Of a stretch of DNA of 64,000 nucleotides, positions 18,754 through 28,859 are shown in pieces (the first letter of the stretch is position 1; each line of letters begins with the position of its first letter). Source of the stretch: Acidobacteriota bacterium (GTDB taxonomy: Bacteria > Acidobacteriota > CAIWXX01); assembly GCA_040755995.1 (NCBI GenBank), contig JBFMAF010000012.1, forward strand, positions 18,500 through 82,499, written 5' to 3'. The notes below the pieces were generated by a model. That model was given only the letters and a program-made list of their open reading frames with translations. It had not been told where the DNA came from and ran no database searches. The position numbers were made by a program, and so were the translations under genes.

Positions 18754-21456
18754 ATGAGCAAGACAACCGCGGCTTCCTTTGTGCTGCTGTTGGCGTCTGC
18801 CGTGACCGATCCGGCGTCGGCCGCGCCATCCCTGGAGCTCTACGGCAACTTCCACACGATGGGCGTCATCGTGACGATCGCGGGCGCGGACGACCCGAAC
18901 TCGAACGCCGTGGCAAGTGTGTCGTATCGGGTCGGCGGTAGCGGCGGATACCGACAGGGGTTTCCGCTGAGCCGCATCACGAGCACCAGGTTCGCCGGCA
19001 GCCTGTTCTGGCTCCAACCCGGCACAGCCTATGACGTCACCGTGGCGTTCACGGATGCAGACCATCATCCTCTCGACGGGGCCAGCGTGAGCTCCACGGC
19101 ATCCACGCGCGCCGAGGTGGGCGTGCCGTCGGCCGCCGCGAGCTACTACGTCAGCCCGACCGGCAGCGGGACGACGTGCAGCGCCGGGTCGCCGTGCTCC
19201 TTGACCGAGGGGCTGAGCCGCGCGCAGGCCGGCGACGCGGTGGTGCTGCGCGGCGGGACGTATTACGAAGGTGAGTTCTCGCTCCCGCGTTCCGGCTCTG
19301 CCGGAGCTCCGATTGTGATTCGCTCGTATCCGGGCGAGACTGCGGTTCTGGACGGCGGCGACCCTGGTGCCTTCACCTGGACGGCCCAGGGCGGCGGCGT
19401 CTATAGAGCCACGGTGAACGCCGCGGATCCGCACCTCATCACGGCCAGCGGGCAGCGACTCATGCCGTACACGAGCCTTTCGGACCTCCAGAATCTCGTC
19501 TGGGGTGTCCCGGGGCTCTATGCGAGCGGCACCACCGCATACGTGCGGCTTGCGGGCGACGCCAATCCCAACTCCGTCACAATGGTCGTATCGCGCTACA
19601 ACAACGCGTTCTTCGTCGATCGGGACTACATCTACTTCGTTGACCTGGTGTTTCGCCACTATGGCCAGGGCGACTATCCCAAGGCCATATATTTCTACAG
19701 CGGTAGTAATAATCTCGTCCAGGGGTGCACCTTTGCGATCAACGACCTTGCGATAGGCATCAAGTATGCGTCGCATCGCAATCTCATACAGAACAACGTG
19801 TTCTACGACACGATCTTCGACTGGCCGTGGGATGCCTTCTACGCGGGTATCGATCTCTCGGGCGGCGGCATCCGCTTCTATGATCCGGTGGATGGACGCG
19901 GCAACGTGATACGGCGCAACACGTTCCACGACTACTTCGACGGCTTTGGGGCCTGTCCCGACTCGACCAGCGGCCAGACCAACGAGACCGACGTCTATGA
20001 AAACGTCGTCTACAATTGCGGAGACGACGGGATGGAAACAGATGGGCAGGCCAGCAACGTTCGCATATGGGGCAACACCTTTCACGATGTACTGATGGGC
20101 ATCTCGGTGGCACCTGTCTACACCGGGCCAGTCTATTGCGTCCGCAATCTCATCTATCTCACCGGTGTCGGCAACAACAGCTACACGGGGAGCCCGTTCA
20201 AGTTCAACAGCGGCTACTCGCAGTCAGGACCGATATATCTGTTCCACAACACCGGTGATGCGGCGCTCGCCGGCAATCACGGGCTCGACATCAAGTCGCC
20301 TGGGTCGTGGTCGCTCATCTATGCGCGCAACAACATCTGGTCGGGTACGGACCAGGCGATCAACGACTACAACACCGGCAACCCCACCGATCTCGACTAC
20401 GACGACCTGTACACCACCGCCGCCGGCAAGCTGGTGCGCTGGAACAGCACGAACTACTCGACGCTGAGCGCATTCACCGCGGGAACGGGCCAGGAATCGC
20501 ACGGGTTGAACGCGGCGCCCGCGTTCAGCAATGCAGCGGGCGGGGACTACACACTGAGCGCGGGAAGCGCGCTTGCCGACAAGGGACTCGTCATCCCCGG
20601 GATCAACGACGATTACATGGGCGCCGCGCCGGACATGGGGGCATTTGAGAGGGCCGGGCAGTCCTGTCCGGTCTCCGTGTCCCCGCAAACGCAGGTCTTT
20701 AGTTCGGCGGGCGGAGCCGGCTCATTCGGCGTTTCGGCCGGCGGCGGCTGCTCGTACACGGCGTCCACCTCCGATGCGTGGATCACGGTCACGAACGGCG
20801 CGAGCGGCACCACCTCAGGCACCGTCGGCTTCTCGGTCGGAGCGAACGGATCTTCGTCCGGGCGGACCGGCACCATCGTGGTCCAGACCGGTGCAGGAAG
20901 CTCCGCGAGCTTCGTGGTAGTCCAGTACGGGCAGGGTCAGTCGTGCAACTACGCTGTGGGCGCCTTCGACGACTCCTTCGCCGCAGACGGCGGCACGGAG
21001 CCCATCAGCGTGACGGCGGATGCGGGCTGTGTGTGGGCGGCAGTGTCCAACGCGACCTGGGTGACGTTTTCCAAGCCGGCCGGCATCGGATCCGACACAT
21101 TCACCATGACCGTCGCATCGAACGCGAGCTCGGCGGCGCGATCGGCCGTCGTGACGATCGCCGAGCAGGAATCCACGATAACGCAGGATGGCCGCGCGGG
21201 AAGCGGCCCTGCGATCAGCTCGGTCACCAGCAGGAAGGCGAAACCGGGAACGCAGGCCAGGATCAAGGGCTCGGGCTTCAGCTCAAGCTCGAGCCAGAAC
21301 ACCGTGTACTTCGGGAAGAAGAAGGCAACCGTTAAGCGCGCGTCCACGACACAGCTCACCGTAACCATTCCAAAGGGGCTGAAGAAGGGGACGCTCTACG
21401 TCTACGTTGTAGTCGGCGGCAAGTCGTCCAACAAGGTCCCGTTTACGGTCAAGTAG
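18754..21456 (+). CDS. secreted right-handed beta-helix protein with FN3-like N-terminus, two BACON domains and an IPT/TIG domain (putative polysaccharide-active enzyme)
   Basis: signal peptide; YYVSPTG, GDAVVLRGGTY, YPGETAVLDG; Asn-rich PbH1 repeats; APDMGAFE; C-x-W/Y...SDAW/NATWV BACON repeats; PAISSV...IKGSGFS...NTVYFG. Confidence 0.85.
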   Translation: MSKTTAASFVLLLASAVTDPASAAPSLELYGNFHTMGVIVTIAGADDPNSNAVASVSYRVGGSGGYRQGFPLSRITSTRFAGSLFWLQPGTAYDVTVAFTDADHHPLDGASVSSTASTRAEVGVPSAAASYYVSPTGSGTTCSAGSPCSLTEGLSRAQAGDAVVLRGGTYYEGEFSLPRSGSAGAPIVIRSYPGETAVLDGGDPGAFTWTAQGGGVYRATVNAADPHLITASGQRLMPYTSLSDLQNLVWGVPGLYASGTTAYVRLAGDANPNSVTMVVSRYNNAFFVDRDYIYFVDLVFRHYGQGDYPKAIYFYSGSNNLVQGCTFAINDLAIGIKYASHRNLIQNNVFYDTIFDWPWDAFYAGIDLSGGGIRFYDPVDGRGNVIRRNTFHDYFDGFGACPDSTSGQTNETDVYENVVYNCGDDGMETDGQASNVRIWGNTFHDVLMGISVAPVYTGPVYCVRNLIYLTGVGNNSYTGSPFKFNSGYSQSGPIYLFHNTGDAALAGNHGLDIKSPGSWSLIYARNNIWSGTDQAINDYNTGNPTDLDYDDLYTTAAGKLVRWNSTNYSTLSAFTAGTGQESHGLNAAPAFSNAAGGDYTLSAGSALADKGLVIPGINDDYMGAAPDMGAFERAGQSCPVSVSPQTQVFSSAGGAGSFGVSAGGGCSYTASTSDAWITVTNGASGTTSGTVGFSVGANGSSSGRTGTIVVQTGAGSSASFVVVQYGQGQSCNYAVGAFDDSFAADGGTEPISVTADAGCVWAAVSNATWVTFSKPAGIGSDTFTMTVASNASSAARSAVVTIAEQESTITQDGRAGSGPAISSVTSRKAKPGTQARIKGSGFSSSSSQNTVYFGKKKATVKRASTTQLTVTIPKGLKKGTLYVYVVVGGKSSNKVPFTVK

Positions 21457-21856
21457 CTTCGCAAGCGTACTGGTCGAAGCTGTCAGGTGGCTTGTGCTGC
21501 CCGCGGTATCTCTGCTCCACCGGCAAAGGCGGCCAAGTGTCGCGGCAGGCACCGCATGGGCCAGGCGCAGATCGGCCATGGCATCATCATACGGACTGGT
21601 CGCGGGGTTTTCAATCCCCGCTCACGGCTGATCGCACTCGGGCTGCAGCTCCGGCGGGTGGTGGCACTACTCCACATGCGCGCCGTGCGGTGTCACCACG
21701 CCTCCTTTCCCAGCTAGCCTGCCCCGCGACATATTATGCCGGACGCAAAGTCTGCGCGCGGTCCGGACCTACGGGGTCGATTCCTGCAGGCTTGCGCGGT
21801 GCCGGCTTGCCGGCGATAATGAGGTTGAGTTCACTATCGTCACGGAGGGATAGCCC

Positions 21857-22021
21857 ATGCCCACATACGAGTATGTATGCGACAAATGCGGCAAGCAGTT
21901 CGCGTTGACCATGACGATCAGCGAGCACGAGGGCAAGAAGGTGCAGTGCCCGGAGTGCAACAGCGAGGAGGTCTCGCGGCACTACAGCTCTGTCATGGTA
22001 AAGACATCGAAGAAGAGTTAG
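21857..22021 (+). CDS. FmdB-family zinc-ribbon protein (54 aa, not in ORF track)
   Basis: MPTYEYVCDKCGKQF...VQCPECNSEEVSR; GGAGG RBS upstream; TAG at 22019-22021. Confidence 0.9.
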   Translation: MPTYEYVCDKCGKQFALTMTISEHEGKKVQCPECNSEEVSRHYSSVMVKTSKKS

Positions 22022-22176
22022 CGAGGCGGGGCCTCAGCGCATCGAGGCATGTCACGGCCGGCCGGCTTCGCAGTGTCTATCATTCATCGATTCGCGCTGT
22101 CATTAGCAGCCATAGAACGCCGACACAGTGGTAATGCACCCCGACTGCGAGATCGTTGCCGTAGTCCTTTGCGTCG

Positions 22177-22209
22177 CCGTCGCCGTGGTGGTCGCCGTTC
22201 CCGTCGCCG
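22177..22209 (-). repeat. 33-bp ACGGCG-rich repeat, inverted copy at 28888-28920
   Basis: 31/33 identical to 28888-28920 in opposite orientation. Confidence 0.75.
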
Positions 22210-22257
22210 TTGGTCTGATCTTAGCCTCGCCCTGCACGACAACCTCCGCGCACTCGA

Positions 22258-24924
22258 TCACTCCAGATAGCCCAAAGCCTTCAATCGCGCGCGGTTCTCG
22301 TCGTTGTCCCTGCCGGGTGAGTGGATGGTGGTTCCGGACCGAGTCAGACGCACCCGATTGACCGCAGACGTAGAATCATTGGCCGCTCTCGACCATCTCC
22401 GTCCATCAAACAGGAACAGTGCTTCCCGGTGGCTCGGGCGTGCGAAGACTGGTGACGCGCTGAACCTCGCGATCTCGAGATCGAGCTGTCCGCCTCTGCG
22501 ATCACCGAGGAGGAGCTGGATGCTCTGCCGTGCCTCCACGCGGATGCGGATCTTCGATTCCTCGAACGAACAGCTTCCAGGAGGCGCGTCTAGCGATTCG
22601 ACTGCTTCCATACGAGCGTCTGCGCCACGGAGAACAACCTCGAACGCCTCTTGTGCTGAGTTCTGGATCGACACCACTATGCTCGATGAAGCGCTCCTCA
22701 ACTGCTGCGCGACCTCGCGTTCGAGCTGCAGCCGGGAGTCGGCGGAAAGGGTCTGGGGGTTCTCTTCGCCCGGGTCCCGGTCCAGCCGGAAGAACTCTCC
22801 TCGATCAGTTCCTGCCGACCACGCTGAGCTCGCGAACAGGTATTTCTCGAAGAGGTTGGTTCGCTTCGCGAAGCCTCTGTTGGACTTCCCGGCGTAGGAC
22901 CAAACCGGCCGGGCCGGAAGTCCTTGTCCGTGGAGGACCGGGAGCAGGCTAATACCATCGAGCGCCCGCTCGGCGCGCCCAAGTGCGATGTCGAGCAGGG
23001 TGGGGAACACGTCGACCAGCGAAACCGGCGTCCCGACGCGCAGGCCGTGGCGGGCGACCCTCGGGCCGGAGATCAGCAGCGGCACGTGCAGATTCTCCTC
23101 ATACAGGTGGTGGTGACCAGCCAGGCCTCTTTCCAGCAGCGATTCGCCATGATCGGAGAGCACGACGATCACAAGGTTGTCACCGAGTCCCTCGTCCTCG
23201 ATTCTCTCGAAGAGCTCACCGATCGCAGTGTCCAGCCGGCTCAGCCCGCAGTCGTAGGCGGCATCGAGAAGCTCTCGATCCGCCGCCCCGAGTACCCGGC
23301 CGGCCAGGTCCTGCGCGGAGCAGACCCGCCAGGCGAGGACTGCTCGTCCGAATTCGTCGCGTGTCATCTTGCCAGGGATGACATACGAATCGGTGGCTCG
23401 ACTGGTGCTCCCCGACCTTCCCTGCGCGCACTCACTGAGGGAATGGGGATCATGAGCCTGGTAGGTGTGGAAGAAGATGAAGTCCGGACGATCGCGGCCT
23501 TCGCGCAACCATTCCAGGGCAGTCTTCACACCCTCCTCCAGCTCCCACCTCGCCGTCTCCAGTCCAATCTCTCCTCGCACGACAAACCGGTCGAAGCCGC
23601 GATCGAGGCCGAAGCGCGGCGACAGGACGGGGCCGACCGCTGTTGCGCGGGTCTCGTATCCCGCTGCTCGAAATGCCTCACTGATGACAGGGTAGTCCGG
23701 CGTGAGCGGTCCGGCGACGTTCGCGCCGTGTCGCGTTGGATAGAGACCCGTGAAGAGCGATGCGTGTGAAGGCAGCGTCCAGGGCGCCGGCGCGATCGCT
23801 CGCTCGAAGATGACGGCGCGCCGAGCGGCCCACGCATCGAGGCGCGGCGTCGTCCTCTTTGGAAATCCGTAGAGTGACATCCGATCAGCGCGAACAGTGT
23901 CCATGGAAACCAGCAGGACATCGGGCCGTTTGCGCGACGCCACGAGCGCACGTTCGGCGAGGGAGCAGAACACGAACCCAGGATCCTCGTCGTCCACGCG
24001 ATCCGGATGGACCACGAGGCGGAATTCACGAAGGGTGGAGGAGCCGGGCATGGATGCGAGCTCCTGCCATTTCACAGAGTGGCTACTGCCGATTCTCATT
24101 CGAGCGCGAGCGACGACCCGTTCCTGTTCTCCAACCCGCTCCTTCAACTCGAACGTGACACCACTCCTGGAGTCCTCGGACATCCCCACAGCAATCTGGA
24201 ACGGTCCCTGGTGGACGGGAATCAGCATCTCGGTGGATCGCCCCGCGCGGGAGACACATGCGTCTCGAGTCTCGCCTCCGAGCGAGACTCGCCAGATGCG
24301 ATTCGCAACCGGCTCGTTCGACGCCACGCTCTTGTGGAGCTCACAGGCGCGGACCCGCACGGACCGATCCGTCGCCGTCGTCAATTGGAACTTGAGGCTT
24401 GCCGGGGGCCCCTTGCGACTGCGCGGGATCGAGATGTCGATTGTCTGTGCACCGCCGGCATCGAGTGTGATCGGCGTGCATTCCCAGTCGAGAGGCGATT
24501 TCTCGCGGGCCCAGCAGATGGTCAATAGGTCGCCCTCGTGATTGTCCTCGGTCTCGAGCCTGAGATGAGTTGCCGACCTGTCACCCGTGTCGATCGTCCG
24601 AATCAGCCAGTAGCGCGCTTCCGGTTCGCTGAGTCTCAGCCAATGGTCGGTCTTCTCGTGCGACGCGTCCGCGAGCGGGCGCTCCACCCCGATCCAATCG
24701 CCGATCCTCCACCTCTGCAGCTCGCCCGGATCATCGAACTCGAACCGCCGGATGACTCGCCGTTCAATGAAATCGGAGGCGACGAACGTCGGAGGCCGCT
24801 CCGAAGCTTCTCCTGCCGGATATGTCGACGGGCCCCGCTCTCTGCAGGCGGAAAACAGCACCGCCAGGATCAGGACGACGATACGGTCGCCCCGGCACCT
24901 CGGGTAGCGCGGTGCCCCTGTCAT
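22258..24924 (-). CDS. sulfatase-like hydrolase/transferase, probable lipoprotein
   Basis: LFSAC lipobox; LLVSMDTVRAD, TPRLD, PWTLPSHASLFTG, HTYQAHDP, LSDHGE, LYEENLHVPL, VSLVDVFPT; ATGA overlap with wzy stop. Confidence 0.88.
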   Translation of the reverse strand: MTGAPRYPRCRGDRIVVLILAVLFSACRERGPSTYPAGEASERPPTFVASDFIERRVIRRFEFDDPGELQRWRIGDWIGVERPLADASHEKTDHWLRLSEPEARYWLIRTIDTGDRSATHLRLETEDNHEGDLLTICWAREKSPLDWECTPITLDAGGAQTIDISIPRSRKGPPASLKFQLTTATDRSVRVRACELHKSVASNEPVANRIWRVSLGGETRDACVSRAGRSTEMLIPVHQGPFQIAVGMSEDSRSGVTFELKERVGEQERVVARARMRIGSSHSVKWQELASMPGSSTLREFRLVVHPDRVDDEDPGFVFCSLAERALVASRKRPDVLLVSMDTVRADRMSLYGFPKRTTPRLDAWAARRAVIFERAIAPAPWTLPSHASLFTGLYPTRHGANVAGPLTPDYPVISEAFRAAGYETRATAVGPVLSPRFGLDRGFDRFVVRGEIGLETARWELEEGVKTALEWLREGRDRPDFIFFHTYQAHDPHSLSECAQGRSGSTSRATDSYVIPGKMTRDEFGRAVLAWRVCSAQDLAGRVLGAADRELLDAAYDCGLSRLDTAIGELFERIEDEGLGDNLVIVVLSDHGESLLERGLAGHHHLYEENLHVPLLISGPRVARHGLRVGTPVSLVDVFPTLLDIALGRAERALDGISLLPVLHGQGLPARPVWSYAGKSNRGFAKRTNLFEKYLFASSAWSAGTDRGEFFRLDRDPGEENPQTLSADSRLQLEREVAQQLRSASSSIVVSIQNSAQEAFEVVLRGADARMEAVESLDAPPGSCSFEESKIRIRVEARQSIQLLLGDRRGGQLDLEIARFSASPVFARPSHREALFLFDGRRWSRAANDSTSAVNRVRLTRSGTTIHSPGRDNDENRARLKALGYLE

Positions 24925-26369
24925 TCTACTGGACCAGGAGGGCACGCCTGCGTCCCCCCTTCCCGTTTCTCTCCAATACTGGAATGACGATTGCGGAGTA
25001 CCAGGCCGCATGTGACGAGGATTCCAACAAGAAGCACCAGGGTCGGCTCCAGGGTGCCGAACCACAAGGGCATCTGCCACAGAAGGAGCAGCTTCATCGT
25101 CAAGTAGCATGAGACGGCGAACAACCAGAGATCGCGGGTCCAGCACAGTCGGGTGACGCCTGCAACCAGGATGAACACCACGATGTTCGCAGCCAGCACC
25201 CCCCACCATCCCCAATTGACGTAGCATTCGACGACAGCGGGGAGGGGAATTGACCCTCCTCCTTGTCCGTAGACGTACGGGTAGACGAGGTTGGCCGTGC
25301 TGACCTGCTGGTACGGCAGCAGGCGAAACGGGTTGATCAAGGAACGACCGCCAAGAAACGGAATAACGTCAGGAAAGAGCTTGTAGGCGACTGCCGTGCC
25401 GAGCGGGCTGACCTCCACGATTCGATGCCAGAGCGTACGCGCGAGCGCGCGTGCATAGCCCGTGGGAGTGCCCCGCAAGTAGATGGCATAGAGCGTCCCC
25501 AGCGCGACGAGGGCTGAAGCGGCGAAGGCGGTGAAGATCTTCCAGTCGATGCGACCCTTGTGTACCAGCGCGACCAGCGTCACCGCCGCCAGGATGTACA
25601 GGAGGTACTGCTTGCTGAGTATCCAGAGCGACGCCGGGAGGGCCAGGGCAAGGACGGCTGCGAACGTGGCCTTCCAGTTGAAGGACTCCCTCGCACCAAC
25701 AAGTCGTGCGATGGGGATCGCTGTCGCTGCCAGGGCCACAATGAACAGCGGAATCTCGAAAGCAGCGAGGGCGAACCAGTGGAAAGGACGCGACGCGACG
25801 ACCGCTATACGCGCGTCGATGAGAGATCCAACCGGTCCGAAAACAGGGCCCGAGACGAGTCGCTTGCTCTTCAACTCTGCGGGCACTTGCTGGGCTGGGG
25901 CCTCAGGGGACGGGATCTCCTGCAGAACCTTCTCTCTCGACGCAGTCACTGGGCGCCGAACGAAAAACGGTGGCGTGACCCAGACCCAGAACGCCGCCAT
26001 GGCCAGTATCGAACAGACGACTCCCGCGGCCAGGAAACGACGGCACCCCCGGCCTGTCCCACGGAGCGACTCCTCAAGCCGAACAGGGAGTGCCGGGCGT
26101 TCCGAGCGAGTCGCCCTATGCTTGACAACCAGATAGGACAGGAGAAGCGTAGCAGCTGTAGACGCGAACATCAGGTGGAAGCCTACACCGACTGCCAGTC
26201 GAGAAACCGCCGGGGACGCAGACCCGACGAGATTGAGCAGGAAGAAACTGGAGGCGGCAACGACGTACGGGAAGAAGCGCTGGAGCTCACCTCGGAGAAG
26301 GATCCAAACCACCGGGCCCAGGACCATCACGATGCTTGCCCCCAGTGTCACGAGAGCCCAGTGATCCAT
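24921..26369 (-). CDS. putative O-antigen/oligosaccharide polymerase (Wzy-like)
   Basis: multi-TM protein; late periplasmic loop with FLGGRS and ECYVNWGWWG; lies between GT2 and sulfatase in a wzx locus. Confidence 0.65.
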   Translation of the reverse strand: MDHWALVTLGASIVMVLGPVVWILLRGELQRFFPYVVAASSFFLLNLVGSASPAVSRLAVGVGFHLMFASTAATLLLSYLVVKHRATRSERPALPVRLEESLRGTGRGCRRFLAAGVVCSILAMAAFWVWVTPPFFVRRPVTASREKVLQEIPSPEAPAQQVPAELKSKRLVSGPVFGPVGSLIDARIAVVASRPFHWFALAAFEIPLFIVALAATAIPIARLVGARESFNWKATFAAVLALALPASLWILSKQYLLYILAAVTLVALVHKGRIDWKIFTAFAASALVALGTLYAIYLRGTPTGYARALARTLWHRIVEVSPLGTAVAYKLFPDVIPFLGGRSLINPFRLLPYQQVSTANLVYPYVYGQGGGSIPLPAVVECYVNWGWWGVLAANIVVFILVAGVTRLCWTRDLWLFAVSCYLTMKLLLLWQMPLWFGTLEPTLVLLVGILVTCGLVLRNRHSSIGEKREGGTQACPPGPVE

Positions 26370-26397
26370 CAGCCTACAACCGGTCCCGGCTGCGCGC

Positions 26398-27327
26398 TCA
26401 CAGCGTACGTCTCCACGAGCGCAGGCGTTGAAGTGGGCCGCTGGCGATCTCCCGAACCAACGTCATGGATATTGCACCCCAATCTAGCCGTGGATCATGC
26501 CGTCGGGCCATCCTGACCGCCCGCAAACAGGCAACCAGACGTCCGCCTCGCAGATGATAGCAGCTCGCAATCAAATAAGCACGGCCAAGGGCGCGACAAC
26601 GCACAGCAAGCGCCTGCGCTGGAAGGTCGGTGCGCGCGAAGAACTCCTCTGCGACGAGCACGTACTCCTCGGCCGAGTCCCGGCTGGTGCACCTGGACAG
26701 GTTCCCACCGTGAACGCGGTAGCAGGCCAGCACTTCGGGGCACAGGAGGATCTTGCCCATCAACCCCGCTCGAAGCCAGAACTCCCTGTCCGGTGCCAGG
26801 CGCAGATAGGGCTTCCATCCCCCGATCCTGTCGAGGACGGACCGTCTGAGGAGCGAGCCGGGGCCTATGTAGCAATACGGATCGACGATCGACTCCAGGT
26901 GATCGAATGGACGTGCCACCGCCCTGCGTACCCTCCTGCCCTGCGCATCGATCACGTCGCAGTTGGGGAAGGCGGCAATGGCGTCTGGATGGTCAAGCAA
27001 TGTCTGAACCACCTTTCGGAGAGCCGAGGGGTGGAGGATGTCATCGCAGCTGAGGTAGCCCAGGATCGTACCGCTGCTGAGACTCCAGCCTGTGTTGAGG
27101 GCAGCAGCCTGCCCCATATTGGACTGCTGCATGAGGCGAAGCCTCCCTTGGTACCGGCGGACCACATCAGGCGTGCGATCGGTGGAACCGTCATCAATTA
27201 CGATGTACTCGATGCGGGGGTAATCTTGCGCGAGCACGCTTTCGACGGTCTCAGCGACGTAGCGTTCTCCGTTGTAGACCGGGGTGACTATCGAGACGAG
27301 CGGAAGTGTCTCTTGGGCCATCAGCAT
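26398..27327 (-). CDS. glycosyltransferase family 2
   Basis: VSIVTPVYNGE, IDDGSTD, NMGQAAALN, SCDD. Confidence 0.93.
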   Translation of the reverse strand: MLMAQETLPLVSIVTPVYNGERYVAETVESVLAQDYPRIEYIVIDDGSTDRTPDVVRRYQGRLRLMQQSNMGQAAALNTGWSLSSGTILGYLSCDDILHPSALRKVVQTLLDHPDAIAAFPNCDVIDAQGRRVRRAVARPFDHLESIVDPYCYIGPGSLLRRSVLDRIGGWKPYLRLAPDREFWLRAGLMGKILLCPEVLACYRVHGGNLSRCTSRDSAEEYVLVAEEFFARTDLPAQALAVRCRALGRAYLIASCYHLRGGRLVACLRAVRMARRHDPRLDWGAISMTLVREIASGPLQRLRSWRRTL

Positions 27328-28811
27328 CCCAGCGAAGGACCTTCACAGGGCCCTTCTGCGGACGGGCTGCCAGTCCTTGTGGATCCATGCCGAAGCGCTG
27401 CAACCAACCAGAGCATGAGGCCTACCGCCAGGACTAACGATCGCACCGCTGGCCGGTGCGCGGAGAAGCCGAGTCCAATGAAGACGATCCCAGCTAGTCC
27501 TGAAAGCATGGTGCGCCGCTCATTGCGAGCCAATACGATATCACTGGCAATGACCGCCAGCCAGACCAGTTCAAGAGCGGCTCGTACGGTCCAGAGGATC
27601 GCGACGGCTTCCAGGCCTGCGTGACTCACGGCCCACCAAAGGGTCCCGAGGTATGCGGGCAGGATGGCAAGCTCAGCAAGAGCGGCACGTCTTCCCCACC
27701 CCTTCGCGAGAATCAGCACCAGATACACTTGGGCCGCACTGTTGATGAGCACACCCACTGTCAACCACTGCATCAGACGAGCGCTCTTCTCGGCGAATTC
27801 ACTCGAAATCCAGAAAGACAGAATCTCAGGGGCCAGGCACACGATCCCCAGTACGATCGGAAAGAGGAGAAGTAGAACGGATCCAAGACATTCCCTGAAA
27901 TGGACCCGTACTCGATCCTGTGCAGCCGCCAGCCCGGCGGAGAACTCCGGGAAATACACAGTAGTGAAAGCCGCGGGAATGAGCCAGAGCTTGGTGACGA
28001 TCTCCCCGGGGGTCACATAGTATGCGAGGGATGCAAGGGCGAAGCGGGCGAGAAGGAACCGGTCTGAGTACCCAAGCAGCATTCCGGCGACGTTGCTAAC
28101 CGTCACCCAACCACCGAACGAAACGAGGTCGATCAGGTGACGCGGCGCGGCCAGCGAAGGAGTCTTGAGTGCGGGCATGGTGCGGAAGCAGGAATAGAGG
28201 AGGAGCCCAAGAACCGTTGCCTTTCCCGCAGCCAGAAACGCGGCTATCATGCCGAGGTCGCCACCCAGACGAAGCGCAAAGACCGGCCCTGCGAAGGTCC
28301 ACACCCCGCCCACTACGCGGACGGCGTTCACGACTCCGAACTTGCGATGCGCCTCGAGCAGTCCACGCGCCGCGTCGGTGCCAATGGTGACAGGGACAGC
28401 CAGAGCGATGACCCTGAACGCGCGCTCTGATTCCAGCGCGAGCTCGGCCGGCAGCCGGAGCCATCTCGTCGCTATGGCCGGCGCCAGGACGGCCAAAGCG
28501 ACTCCGGCGAGAACGCCGGTCAATCCGAGGACCGCAAACACGGTCCAACAGAGAGCAGCTCCCTCGCGCACTCGGCCCTCTGGAAGAAGCACCGACACCC
28601 TCTGTGTCAAGGCGCGCCCCGCTGCGAGGTCCAGGAGCCCTGTGTAGGCGAGGAAGGTCCATACCAGCGAAAGGATACCGAATCGTTCCTCGCCGAGCAT
28701 CTTCAGCAGATACGGAATCGTCACAGTCGCGACAAGAAGGGGGAGTCCGAGTCCCAACAGGTTGAACGTGACGCTGCGAGAGAACCGAGAGTCGGCATTC
28801 CGCGGCATCAT
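27321..28811 (-). CDS. wzx: Wzx-type polysaccharide flippase
   Basis: LGEERFGILSL, LLDL, FGGWVTVSN, DRFLL, YYVTP; many TM helices. Confidence 0.88.
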   Translation of the reverse strand: MMPRNADSRFSRSVTFNLLGLGLPLLVATVTIPYLLKMLGEERFGILSLVWTFLAYTGLLDLAAGRALTQRVSVLLPEGRVREGAALCWTVFAVLGLTGVLAGVALAVLAPAIATRWLRLPAELALESERAFRVIALAVPVTIGTDAARGLLEAHRKFGVVNAVRVVGGVWTFAGPVFALRLGGDLGMIAAFLAAGKATVLGLLLYSCFRTMPALKTPSLAAPRHLIDLVSFGGWVTVSNVAGMLLGYSDRFLLARFALASLAYYVTPGEIVTKLWLIPAAFTTVYFPEFSAGLAAAQDRVRVHFRECLGSVLLLLFPIVLGIVCLAPEILSFWISSEFAEKSARLMQWLTVGVLINSAAQVYLVLILAKGWGRRAALAELAILPAYLGTLWWAVSHAGLEAVAILWTVRAALELVWLAVIASDIVLARNERRTMLSGLAGIVFIGLGFSAHRPAVRSLVLAVGLMLWLVAALRHGSTRTGSPSAEGPCEGPSLGC

Positions 28812-28859
28812 GCCTGCCTCGGGAACTGCCGACTCTGGCCGTGGCGACCTACCCTCATC

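Noticed and set aside
18646..20085. Long antisense ORFs (this 479-aa one and similar over glnA, the kinases and the RND gene)
   Set aside because: Shadow frames of high-GC coding genes with no protein motifs.
21483..21730. ncRNA or small gene between the beta-helix gene and FmdB
   Set aside because: No recognisable tmRNA, SRP, RNase P or 6S motif, and the ORFs lack coding features.
21760..21795. GGGTCGATTCC resembling a tRNA T-loop
   Set aside because: No cloverleaf, D-arm or acceptor stem around it.
24925..25227. N-terminal extensions in the ORF track (sulfatase to 25227; likewise GT4 to 30608, lipase from 11588, permease to 58575, HTH from 9415)
   Set aside because: They overlap neighbouring genes or intergenic DNA; better starts with RBS or coupled overlaps lie downstream.
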